A program made the position numbers and the translations under genes. From Octopus bimaculoides (Eukaryota), in assembly GCF_001194135.2 (NCBI RefSeq), contig NC_068994.1, positions 54,742,859-54,776,539 on the forward strand: a DNA stretch of 33,681 nt, in the 5' to 3' direction. This document shows, piece by piece, positions 23,801-30,808 of the stretch (the stretch's first letter is position 1; each line of letters starts with the position of its first letter). A model generated the notes under the pieces. The model was not told the origin of the DNA. It was given only the letters and a program-made list of their open reading frames with translations, and did not search any database.

Positions 23801-26800
23801 CAGTATCTGCAATACAGTTGTCATCCATCACTTTTGCAGTCTGTGCCAGTCCAGTATGTTAACCAACTCATTGACTCATGACAGCCAGTGTGACTCAAGT
23901 CCGCACTACGTCATATTTGACAGTCAGCCTCGAGTCACACGAACCACTGGAAAGCAAAGTATGAGCTCTCTAATCTAAGGGAGATAACTTCACCATCAGT
24001 TTGATATCAATGTTCATCAGCAAATAATTTGTTGAGTTCCTTAGACAAGGGCTATAACTCTTGTTAGGGTAATGTGGTCCGGTGGCATAGCCTTGACAAA
24101 AAGACAACTGTGATTGACATATTCACTTTGAAACCCACCAGGAGATATTAAGACTGAATAGATACATTAATATTCGGTTTTCCTGCTGTTCTGACTGCAC
24201 CCCACGCATTATAAATAAATAAAACCAAAGAACTGCAGTGGTTTTGAACTCCCGACCTTTAATATAGTAATTCAGTATCTTATTTACTGCCATTTTATTG
24301 TTACATTTAGTAATGCAGGTGTGGTTTTCCACCACGTTTCTTAAAAATTGTGGTAGAGGTCTTGGTCTTGGGACCACTCATGTCTAGAAACTGAGGCTGT
24401 GAGTAAGCAAGGGTATGCTCCCCATAGAAAATCCAGCTCCAAAAAGACCTCATGATGGCTTGGGGTGGGCTGCACCAGCCTACCTCAGTTGCTATGGCAT
24501 TGAGGGCAAAACCCGGATTTAAAACAATGGATGATGATGATAATGGAGGTGTTGGTAGGGTGCGATTGTAATGACCAAATCCTTGGTTATTGTTTTAAAT
24601 ATATCTTGTTTCTCTTGTCTCTTTCCTCATTAGCTTTAGCGATCGGTTGTACATAGTCCGTTTCCAGTTCCTGCCCCCAAGCAAATACCAAGACCAGTTG
24701 GCAACAAATCCAGACGATATCCTTCGCCACATGGAATTGAAATACATCACTGGTTTGCTGAAATCCATCAAGTCAACAATCAAGTTGACACAGGCTTCGT
24801 TGTGAGTATTTGCTTTTCATTTCTGTGATGAAAACTGTTTAGTTTGGTCTGGTTGAAACCCAGACTGGTTCTGATTCACTTGATCTAGAATCAAGGACAT
24901 TCTAGCCAGCTGTGAACATCTTGTCTTTTTAACTTACGTTGAAAGTAAGCAAACAAAGTTTGCTTTAGAAGTATTGAAAGACACAATTATCCATATATTG
25001 CAGAAAACATCGTTACTGGCCAGCCATGAGGCTATATGAATAGTTTATCCTGTTCATGCTATTGTATTAGCATTATCACGTGTTTGAGAATAAATTATTT
25101 CTGTGTCTTGTCTTTTATTATTTTCATTCAAACATGGTGTAGCTGTGTGCTTAAGAAGCTTGGGTTGGCCCTGAGCTAAAATCGAATACATTTGGCCACA
25201 ATGCCATGCAGTGAAGCTCAATCAGAAACCATATTGTTACAAAGTAAAGTTCTCAACCACATAGCCATGCCTGCATCTATACATAGATCAAAATGGACAT
25301 AAGACCATCATATGACATGAACACTTAGGAGACCAAGAACTTTGGAGAGATGCTGTGATTGAGAAGACCCGGCAACTAAAGTGAGATTGCAGCCATGGGA
25401 GCGTTTGAGTGACATTCAACCCCATTAAATGCATCTATCTGGGTCACAATCGTGGCCTGTCAATCTGTTGCGCTTTATGTGTTAAATAGCTAAATTTCTT
25501 ACGACAAATATATGTTTGATAAAATTTATAAGAATTTCCTCTTAATTCCCTAATGATCTTGTTTCTGTTCTGTCCTTTACAGACGGATTCTTCCCAAGGA
25601 TATTGTTCATACCATAAAAGCTACGCTAGAGGATTCGGCTGAACCATCCGCTAAGAAGGAGCAAGATGGAGAAAGTGCTGGGGAGGAGGAAGAGGAGTCT
25701 GCTCCCAATGCCGAGAGGGGAGACGAGTCTGAAGACTCCGCATCCGGTGGAGAAGACGAGATAGATGCAGTTGATGGCAACCAGAAGAAGCAGACAAGTG
25801 ATGAACATGACTACAATGATGATGATGATGATGATGATGATGACGATGATGACGACGACGACGACGATAAAGACAATGATGAGGACAGTGACAGTGAAAC
25901 GGAAATAAAGGAGGACAGTAATACGACCGAAATTATGGAAGATGAGGACGAAGGTCTGTTTATTCATTTGTTTGTTTCTCTATTTTTGTTATTGTCTTAG
26001 AAAGAGTGAGGATTGAACCATCGAAGCACCAGGAAACGATACCCTATCTCACATTTTTGAATAGACAAGAGTTAAATTCTGGCGCAGATATCTGTACAGT
26101 ATGGGTTATGTCCTTTGCCTGTGAAGTTAGGAGGCCTGCTTCTTTACTCTTTTACTTGTTTCAGTCATTTGACTGTGGCCATGCTGGAGCACCGCCTTTA
26201 GTCGAGCAAATCGACCCCAGGACTTATTCAATCTGTTGTAAGCATTCAGACCAATTCTCTGGTCTGAAAATAACTTCCTCTTTCTTTCTTCCACTGGTTC
26301 CGCAGCCCCTATTAAGGGCCGTTGGTACTGTGTTCTCTCATCATCATCATTTAACATCTGTTTTCCATGCTGGCATGGGTTGGATGGTTTGACAGGAGCT
26401 GGCAAGCCAGAGGGATGCCCTTCCTAACGTCAACAACTTTGCAGAGTGTATTGAGTGCTTCTTACATAACACCAGGATGAGTGCTTTGTATGTGGCGCTT
26501 GCACAGATGTTTTTCCCATGGCACCAGCATATGGTATATCGCTGTCAAACAATGCCTCTATAATACATTCATCTAACCGATGCTAACGTAGTGAAAGTGG
26601 ACGTAAAGATGAGCAAACTTCACACTTGAAGACTTGGGTTCCGAATGCATGCAAGGGCCTGTCATGGTGTTAATCTGAGCAATGAATTAAGTCCCCAGCC
26701 TTAATGAATTTAAGGAATTACTGGAGACCAGTAAAAATGAGTGTAGTAGACAGTGGGAGCCCTGTCTAGTGTAGTTATAAAAAAAAATGTTTTCTTTTTT

Positions 26801-29800
26801 GCACAGATGTCAAGAAAGAAGAGTTTTTGGAAGAATATTTTTACCTTGAAGATGACATGAAGAAAACGAAAAGAATGCCAGCAAAAGGGAAAGTGAGTGA
26901 ATTTATTTAGTTATTCTTTTGGGGGGGGGGGGGTTAATTAATTAATTCTTATTTTTCTGGGGTTTTTATTGTCCCAAGTCAACCTCTGCTGTATATTATC
27001 TGTTAGATATTAACATTTTGATATATTTTTTAATATCTTTACAGTACCTAGACTCCTTCAATGAAGCTATATTGTCATATAGTTACGATGAAGAAAAGAG
27101 CCTTTGGTGTGAAGTAGTATTCAAGGTAAGACAGCTAGATTGATGCTAACTTTATTCACCCATTCAAGTAGACTTAGCTTTCATTCACCAGTCGTAAGTC
27201 ATCAGCAGGTGACTAAACATGTATCCACTTGTATTCACCCCACCCAGGGTATATTGGGTGGAGTTGGGGTAGGTTTGAATGGGTGGCTATGTTGTAATCC
27301 TCGGAGTTGTGAAATAAAAGGTGACCTCACAGGGACAGGTACCATGATTAAATGCACCCAGCATAGTCTATCAAGGAATAGGCAAACATGTGGGGGGGGG
27401 GAACAACATAAATTTGAGGGTGTACACATATATGTATTTGTGTGTGTATGTATTGTACGGCACAGCTGTGGGGTTAAAGACATGGAACTACATGGCTTTC
27501 TCTCCATGTGGTTTCATGTTCTGTCCCACTGCACAGCAATAGTTCTGAGTGATGGACTAGGACCTTCCCACCCACCAAATTCTGCCTTTAATTATTATGA
27601 TGGGTTCAGATTCCGTCCATGGTCGACTTTGCCTTTCGTCCTTTCAGGGTCAGTATAATGAGAACCAGTTACATACTGGGGGTCAATATAATCAACTTAC
27701 TCCTTACCTCAAAATTGCTGGCCTAGTGCCAAAATTTGAAACCATTATTACCGTGATGATGGTGCAGCAAGTAGGCAGAATTGTTATCATGATTGGCAAA
27801 GCGCTAAGCAGCATTTTGTCCATGTTCTGAGTTCAGACTGCACCATGATTGCCTCTGATTTTCATCCTTTTGAGGGTCTGTAAAACAAGTACCAGTTTAA
27901 CACTGGGATCAATGTAATTTCTGGTCTTCTACCAAAATTTGAAAGCGGTGAGCTGGCAGAATCATTTGCAGGCCGGGTGAAATGCTTAGCAGTCTTTCGT
28001 CTCTCTTTAGGTTCTGAGTTCAAATTCCACCAAGGTCAACTTTGCCTTTCATCCATTCAGGGGGTCGATAAACTAAGTACCAGTGAAACATTGGGGTTGA
28101 TATAATCGACGAGTTCCCACTCCACAAATTTGATGCAGGTGCTGCCAAACATTTTGTCCATCTTGACATTCTGAGTTCAAATTCTGCTGAGGTCAATTTT
28201 GCCTTTCATCCTTTCGGGGTTGATAAGATAAGTTCCAGTGGTCAGTGTAATCAACTTCCATTTTCCCTTGAATGAATTTAGAAAAGACTGAAATTTTCAA
28301 GAATGGAAAAGGAACACAAGATTGTATTGTCATGTTGAATTTCCTTATTAAACAATGATTAATTAATAATGTCTAATTGTTATGTTTCAGTTTAATTTAA
28401 GATTAACCAAGGTTGATCTGATGACCATCATCAAAAACAATGCTGAGACATCCATTATACACAGAGTGCCTGGAATCAAACGTTCCATCTTAACAAGGGT
28501 CAAGAATGAACTCCATCTGCAGACAGAAGGAATTCACCTCAGCGTAAGTTTGTATTCTTAATATTGCCTCACAGATAGATAGATGGATCAGGTTCAATCT
28601 GTTTGCAGTAGGAAGTACTGCTCTCTCTCTCTCTCCCCCACTTTCTCTTTATTTTTGTCTTTCTCTCTCCACCTTTATTTCTGTCTTTCTACTCCCCTCT
28701 CTCACTCACAAGGTCAGGAGTTCAAATCCTATCGTAGCTGATTTAAGGGTCAAATGATTGAATTCGTGAACAGTTTCTACTTCCTGAGCTAAGCAGTAAC
28801 CTACCACATCTGCTGTTGTTACAAGACAAGGATTGTCTTATTGAGGTTCCATGCCTTCTTATTCAAAGAAGATGGTCAGATTTTTCCAAGCAGTCTTGGA
28901 ATTGCCTTTCTGCTTGCTTTTTCCTTACAAACTGGTCGCCATCAGCATCCAATATGCTGTTTGCCTTTTATTAGTTGATATTTTAATTTAAATAGAAGCT
29001 TGCTTTGCATGGCACCTTGAGCAAGTGCCTTCCACCCTAGCCCCAGTGTCTTGTGAGTAAATTCCATAAATGGATACTGTGTGTGTGTGTCTGTTTTTCC
29101 ACCGTCAGTACCACTTGACAACTGGTGTTGGTTTGTTTACATCCCTATAACCTAGAGGTTTGGCAAAAAGAGACTGATAAAATACCAAACCTAAAAGTAA
29201 GTCTTGGTGTCAGTTTGCTTCTCTAAAACCCTTCAAGGTGGTGCTCCTGTATGGCCACAGCCCATCATCATCGTTTAACGTCCGCTTTCCATGCTAGCAT
29301 GGGTTGGACGATTTGATTGAGGACTGGTGAAACCGGATGGCAACACCAGGCTCCAATCTAATTTGGCAGAGTTTCTACAGCTGGATGCCCTTCCTAACGC
29401 CAACCACTCAGAGAGTGTAGCCCAAATAGTAAATGTTTGTGTGTGTTAAAGAGAGATCTCAAATGTACCATTTTACTGGCATTATCCTTTCGTCTTTTGC
29501 AGTACATTCAACAGTTTCCTAATATTCTTGACATTAATCGTATCTACTGTAACAGTCCAACAATCATGACACAGGTCTATGGGATAGAAGCTGGGTTAAA
29601 GGTTATCATCAAGGTGAGTTCTTTTGTCATTCATAAGATACAAAACTTGGGTATTGTCCCTCCATTGAAGGCTAAAAAAAAATGACGTGTAATAATTGTT
29701 TCTACTAAAAGCACAAGGCCTGAAATTTTTGGGTGGGGAGACTAGGCAATTACATCAACCCCAGTACTCAACTTGTACTTAATTTGTCAACCTTAGTGGA

Positions 29801-30807
29801 ATTTGAACTCAGAATCTCAGGACGGATGAAATACTAAGCATTTTGTCTGGTATGCTAACAATTCTGCCAGCTCACTGCCTTGTAAATATAATTTTTTCTA
29901 TTCTAGGCACAAGGCCTTGAAAATTTGAGGGGAACGGGACTAGTCAGTAATATAGACGACCGCCAGTGTGTAATTGGTCCTTATTTCATTGACCCCGAAA
30001 GGATGAAAGACAAAGTCAATCTCGGTGGAATTTGAACTCAGGACATGACATAACGGATGAATTACCACTAAGCATTTCACCCAGTTTGCCAACGATTCTA
30101 CCAGCCCACCACCTACTGCAGTTCTCAAATGGGGTCTATATGGCTCTTAGGGACCCAGATAAGATTTTGTTGTTAAAATTAGTGAAATTAACTGGTTATA
30201 TTTCTACAATACACAAAATATCTAAGCATTTTTTAAAATACGATTCCAAATATTTACTCGTAAAAATATAGGAGTTTTTAGGCATCAAATGGCTATGAGG
30301 TTCTCCGTCCCCTGAGTAAAATAGGAATCAGAGGGATCCATAGGCAAAAAATGGTTGAGAACTTTTGGGTTAACCCCCAACTCTCTGCTTTAGCTGGGAA
30401 AAGCATCTTGTTGCTGCTGCTGTTGTTCTGTTGTTTGAATAATGAAACCAAAGAAAGAAAGTGTAACAAACCTTTGGAACTCATTGCTGTAATTTTACTT
30501 TCAGGAAATTCAATCTGTCTTTGGAGTTTATGGCATCAAAGTGAATTACCGACATTTGTCTCTTGTCGCAGACTACATGGCATTTGAAGGCCAATTGGCT
30601 TTTTTCACTCAAAAAGGCATGCAAGCATGTCCGTCCCCGTTACAATCAATCACTTTTGAGTCAGCTTACCGAGGAATAACAAATGCTGCATCTCAGCATT
30701 TGAAAGACTATTTAAATTCTCCTACCTCTCAGTTAGTTACAGGTAAACTGCCGTCATTAGGCACTGGATACTTTGACATACTTTTACCTCTGATACCTGT
30801 TAAATAA
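1158..30807 (+). CDS. POLR1A: RNA polymerase I largest subunit (RPA1/A190), spliced gene, 5'-incomplete; 29 visible coding exons
   Basis: Joined exons give the ordered hallmark motifs [73 protein letters not shown] and [12 protein letters not shown]. Pol I-type features are present ([16 protein letters not shown], acidic expander insertion, no CTD). All visible introns are GT-AG and phases match. Confidence 0.97.
1541..1758 (+). mobile_element. tRNA-derived SINE family A (Meta-domain-like core); other copies at 3497-3699 (+), 27600-28260 (+, four copies), 29690-30112 (-, two copies), about 23150-23310 (-)
   Basis: A-box-like tagcagaatcgtaag, B-box gagttcaaattcc, core cctttcatcctttcg(g)ggtc.at.aaataagtaccag; superfamily naming is from memory. 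Confidence 0.75.
2929..3151 (+). CDS. POLR1A: exon: EEPNSRT...[21 protein letters not shown]...[17 protein letters not shown]
   Basis: aacAG/GTaagt; YLTP..W and FFL..P..RP motifs; phase 2 in, phase 0 out. Confidence 0.95.
3170..3480 (-). mobile_element. retroposon family C ((GAT)n tail, V-domain-like ggaagggcatcc..tgtagaaa); other copies at 7185-7515(+), 7560-7675(-), 8170-8360(-), 9082-9335(-), 9945-10180(-), 14225-14375(+), 16440-16548(+), 17808-17997(-), 19100-19410(-), 19465-19610(+), 21040-21120(-), 26338-26520(-), 29265-29420(-)
   Basis: recurrent catcatc-gtttaacgtccgctttccatgct.gcatgggttggac...ggatgcccttcctaacgccaaccac; V-domain naming is from memory. Confidence 0.75.
4303..4497 (+). 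CDS. POLR1A: exon: [39 protein letters not shown](GQT repeats)V
   Basis: long polypyrimidine tract + tAG at 4301-02, GTaagt at 4498; 65 codons, open, phase 0/0, at the expected position. Confidence 0.85.
4418..4497 (+). repeat. exonic 21-bp minisatellite, about 3.8 units
   Basis: gtggccaaacag starts at 4418, 4439, 4460 and 4481. Confidence 0.95.
4681..4945 (+). mobile_element. piggyBac-like MITE family P2 (4681-4907) plus the start of a second copy; fragments also near 9380-9492, 17110-17332 (reverse) and 21900-21990
   Basis: TTAAccctttagcatt ... aagggTTAA termini; shared aaataaacaatcacatc core. Confidence 0.55.
5025..5168 (+). CDS. POLR1A: exon: DLTTVNDPK...[19 protein letters not shown]...GVRQ
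   Basis: gcAG/GTgagg; W..LQ..VN..YD and G.RQ motifs. Confidence 0.95.
5278..5634 (-). mobile_element. family B SINE
   Basis: same head, CORE-like segment and tail as 6085-6450. Confidence 0.75.
5765..5985 (+). CDS. POLR1A: exon: [30 protein letters not shown]...YPQPVTPWN...NGPNEYPG
   Basis: acAG/GTgagt; switch-2 region motif. Confidence 0.98.
6085..6450 (-). mobile_element. tRNA-derived CORE-like SINE family B, near full length, with internal (CA/TA)n; other copies at 3961-4121(-), 5278-5634(-), 8430-8580(-), 12671-12778(-), 12790-12991(+), 17345-17430(+), 19610-19750(+), 22433-22730(-), 22732-23017(+), 26141-26228(-), 29005-29260(+), 32255-32461(+)
   Basis: on the minus strand: tRNA-like head with A/B boxes, CORE-like ggcacc(t/a)tgggcaagtgtctt, tail gtcaaatgactgaaacaa..aaaaga. 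Confidence 0.8.
6839..6971 (+). CDS. POLR1A: exon: AAYVVDQHG...[12 protein letters not shown]...TCKK
   Basis: ccAG/GTatga; QR..VA.QLLTP motif; phase consistent. Confidence 0.95.
7863..7946 (+). CDS. POLR1A: exon: [28 protein letters not shown]
   Basis: acAG/GTatgt; NRQP.LH motif. Confidence 0.97.
8617..8755 (+). CDS. POLR1A: exon with catalytic loop: [46 protein letters not shown]
   Basis: tcAG/GTaagt; NADFDGD encoded at 8677-8697. Confidence 0.99.
9566..9680 (+). CDS. POLR1A: exon: [37 protein letters not shown]
   Basis: tcAG/GTgagt; PKDG.PL.GLIQDH motif. Confidence 0.97.
10306..10414 (+). CDS. POLR1A: exon: [11 protein letters not shown]...[17 protein letters not shown]
   Basis: tcAG/GTaatt; P.I..P..LW.GKQ motif (not in the ORF track). 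Confidence 0.96.
11293..11806. other. assembly gap (Ns) next to (TA)n
   Basis: run of n. Confidence 1.
12194..12277 (+). CDS. POLR1A: exon: [28 protein letters not shown]
   Basis: acAG/GTaggt; STLLINIIP motif; 28 codons. Confidence 0.93.
12671..12991. repeat. inverted pair of family B tails (12671-12778 vs 12886-12991)
   Basis: gtttcagtcatttgactg.ggccatgctggagcac and its reverse complement; 107-nt spacer. Confidence 0.8.
13175..13619. other. assembly gap (Ns)
   Basis: run of n. Confidence 1.
13758..13922 (+). CDS. POLR1A: exon: LWNSKDH...[34 protein letters not shown]
   Basis: acAG/GTaaga; [10 protein letters not shown]...YGLVHCCYE motif. Confidence 0.97.
14664..14880 (+). mobile_element. 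second, more degenerate copy of the Penelope-like hammerhead terminus, ending in (TA)n
   Basis: CTGGTGA-A-GAGC tcc GCTC-GAAATGTG; shares ctttcctttcctgagc.tccaataa.actat and cacgtcctc with 108-325. Confidence 0.55.
14881..15805. other. assembly gap (Ns), probably containing the missing POLR1A exon
   Basis: run of n; the expected YGG...GFT.G..DIL segment is not found in the sequenced intron. Confidence 0.9.
16609..16808 (+). CDS. POLR1A: exon: [11 protein letters not shown]...[21 protein letters not shown] (funnel)
   Basis: tttAG/GTaaat; open frame starting AD.KR, as expected here. Confidence 0.9.
16926..17010 (+). CDS. POLR1A: exon: [28 protein letters not shown]
   Basis: tcAG/GTaagt; FP.NNLQLMV..GAKGS motif; follows a 117-nt intron. 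Confidence 0.97.
17585..17785 (+). CDS. POLR1A: exon: [21 protein letters not shown]...[12 protein letters not shown] (F-loop/bridge helix N-term)
   Basis: ccAG/GTgagt; strong motif match. Confidence 0.98.
18131..18259 (+). CDS. POLR1A: exon: [43 protein letters not shown] (bridge helix)
   Basis: ttAG/GTaaga; bridge-helix motif (not in the ORF track). Confidence 0.98.
18843..19001 (+). CDS. POLR1A: exon: [24 protein letters not shown]...QIQNE
   Basis: tcAG/GTaaga; F.YGED.LD..KTQF motif. Confidence 0.96.
20095..20288 (+). CDS. POLR1A: exon: IYKVRQQ...[12 protein letters not shown]...GRS...[12 protein letters not shown]
   Basis: tcAG/GTaagt; R.AFL and W.....R.K matches. Confidence 0.93.
20710..20839 (+). 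CDS. POLR1A: exon: [18 protein letters not shown]...GAISEE...SENS
   Basis: tcAG acceptor, CPDP motif; donor GTtagt at 20840 (an in-frame alternative GT lies 9 nt later). Confidence 0.88.
21377..21511 (+). CDS. POLR1A: exon: HRICPPG...[26 protein letters not shown]
   Basis: PGEAVG motif; GTactt donor; acceptor tAG at 21375-76 chosen because it preserves phase. Confidence 0.88.
22024..22245 (+). CDS. POLR1A: exon with trigger loop: [35 protein letters not shown]...
   Basis: ttAG/GTaaat; QMTLNTFH and GIPRLREI motifs. Confidence 0.99.
22433..23017. repeat. foldback formed by two head-truncated family B SINEs; apex at 22731
   Basis: gtagaagaca-c-tgtcttcta at the centre; arms are reverse-complement homologues. 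Confidence 0.8.
23744..23790 (+). CDS. POLR1A: 47-nt exon: [16 protein letters not shown]
   Basis: tcAG/GTaagt; VL.K.DV match; supplies the phase change (0 to 2) needed between its neighbours. Confidence 0.9.
24634..24801 (+). CDS. POLR1A: exon: [15 protein letters not shown]...[12 protein letters not shown]...(jaw)
   Basis: ttAG/GTgagt; Y..RFQFLP and P.DILR.ME motifs. Confidence 0.95.
25583..25953 (+). CDS. POLR1A: exon: acidic expander/DNA-mimicking loop with D17 run
   Basis: acAG acceptor; open acidic frame containing [17 protein letters not shown]; donor GTctgt is weak, but its phase 1 matches the next exon. Confidence 0.9.
25818..25868 (+). repeat. coding (GAT/GAC)17 poly-Asp
   Basis: direct count of 17 consecutive Asp codons. 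Confidence 0.95.
26807..26892 (+). CDS. POLR1A: exon: [29 protein letters not shown]
   Basis: gcacAG/GTgagt; phase 1 in, 0 out as required; little sequence conservation. Confidence 0.8.
27045..27125 (+). CDS. POLR1A: exon: [27 protein letters not shown]
   Basis: acAG/GTaaga; Y.YD.E.SLWC.V motif. Confidence 0.95.
27600..28260 (+). mobile_element. four head-to-tail family A SINE copies
   Basis: repeated gagttca(a/g)a + tttcatcc..gggt + agtaccag modules at about 27600, 27760, 27945 and 28140. Confidence 0.7.
28391..28543 (+). CDS. POLR1A: exon: [10 protein letters not shown]...[12 protein letters not shown]...LQTEGIHLS
   Basis: tcAG/GTaagt; PGI.R and TEGI motifs. Confidence 0.95.
29503..29613 (+). 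CDS. POLR1A: exon: [37 protein letters not shown]
   Basis: gcAG/GTgagt; LD..R.Y.N and YGIEA motifs. Confidence 0.95.
29690..30112 (-). mobile_element. two tandem family A SINE copies, reverse strand
   Basis: ggaatttgaactca (reverse B box) twice; ctgccagctcac and ctaccagcccacc reverse heads. Confidence 0.7.
30119..30367 (+). mobile_element. hAT-like MITE
   Basis: degenerate TIRs cagttctcaa...ttgagaac; related to 400-509. Confidence 0.45.
30505..30807 (+). CDS. POLR1A: last coding exon: [25 protein letters not shown]...[15 protein letters not shown]-stop
   Basis: tcAG acceptor; [13 protein letters not shown] and GTG.F motifs; TAA at 30805-30807. Confidence 0.97.
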   Translation, partial: EIQSVFGVYGIKVNYRHLSLVADYMAFEGQLAFFTQKGMQACPSPLQSITFESAYRGITNAASQHLKDYLNSPTSQLVTGKLPSLGTGYFDILLPLIPVK

Positions 30808-30808
30808 A
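30803..30808 (+). promoter_or_regulatory. candidate poly(A) signal AATAAA overlapping the stop codon
   Basis: AAATAAA spans the last Lys codon and the TAA; U/GU-rich sequence follows at about 30811-30880. Confidence 0.4.

Noticed and set aside
23888-23940. 12-bp stem (one mismatch) with a 29-nt loop downstream of the 47-nt exon
   Set aside because: Too short and single-copy to separate from chance or a decayed transposon end.
25626-25967. Minus-strand hydrophobic ORF (poly-I/V)
   Set aside because: It is the antisense shadow of the poly-Asp exon.
1158-30807. POLR1A as a pseudogene, given its divergence
   Set aside because: All 29 exons are open and phase-compatible with canonical splice sites, and the catalytic Asp triad and trigger-loop His are intact.
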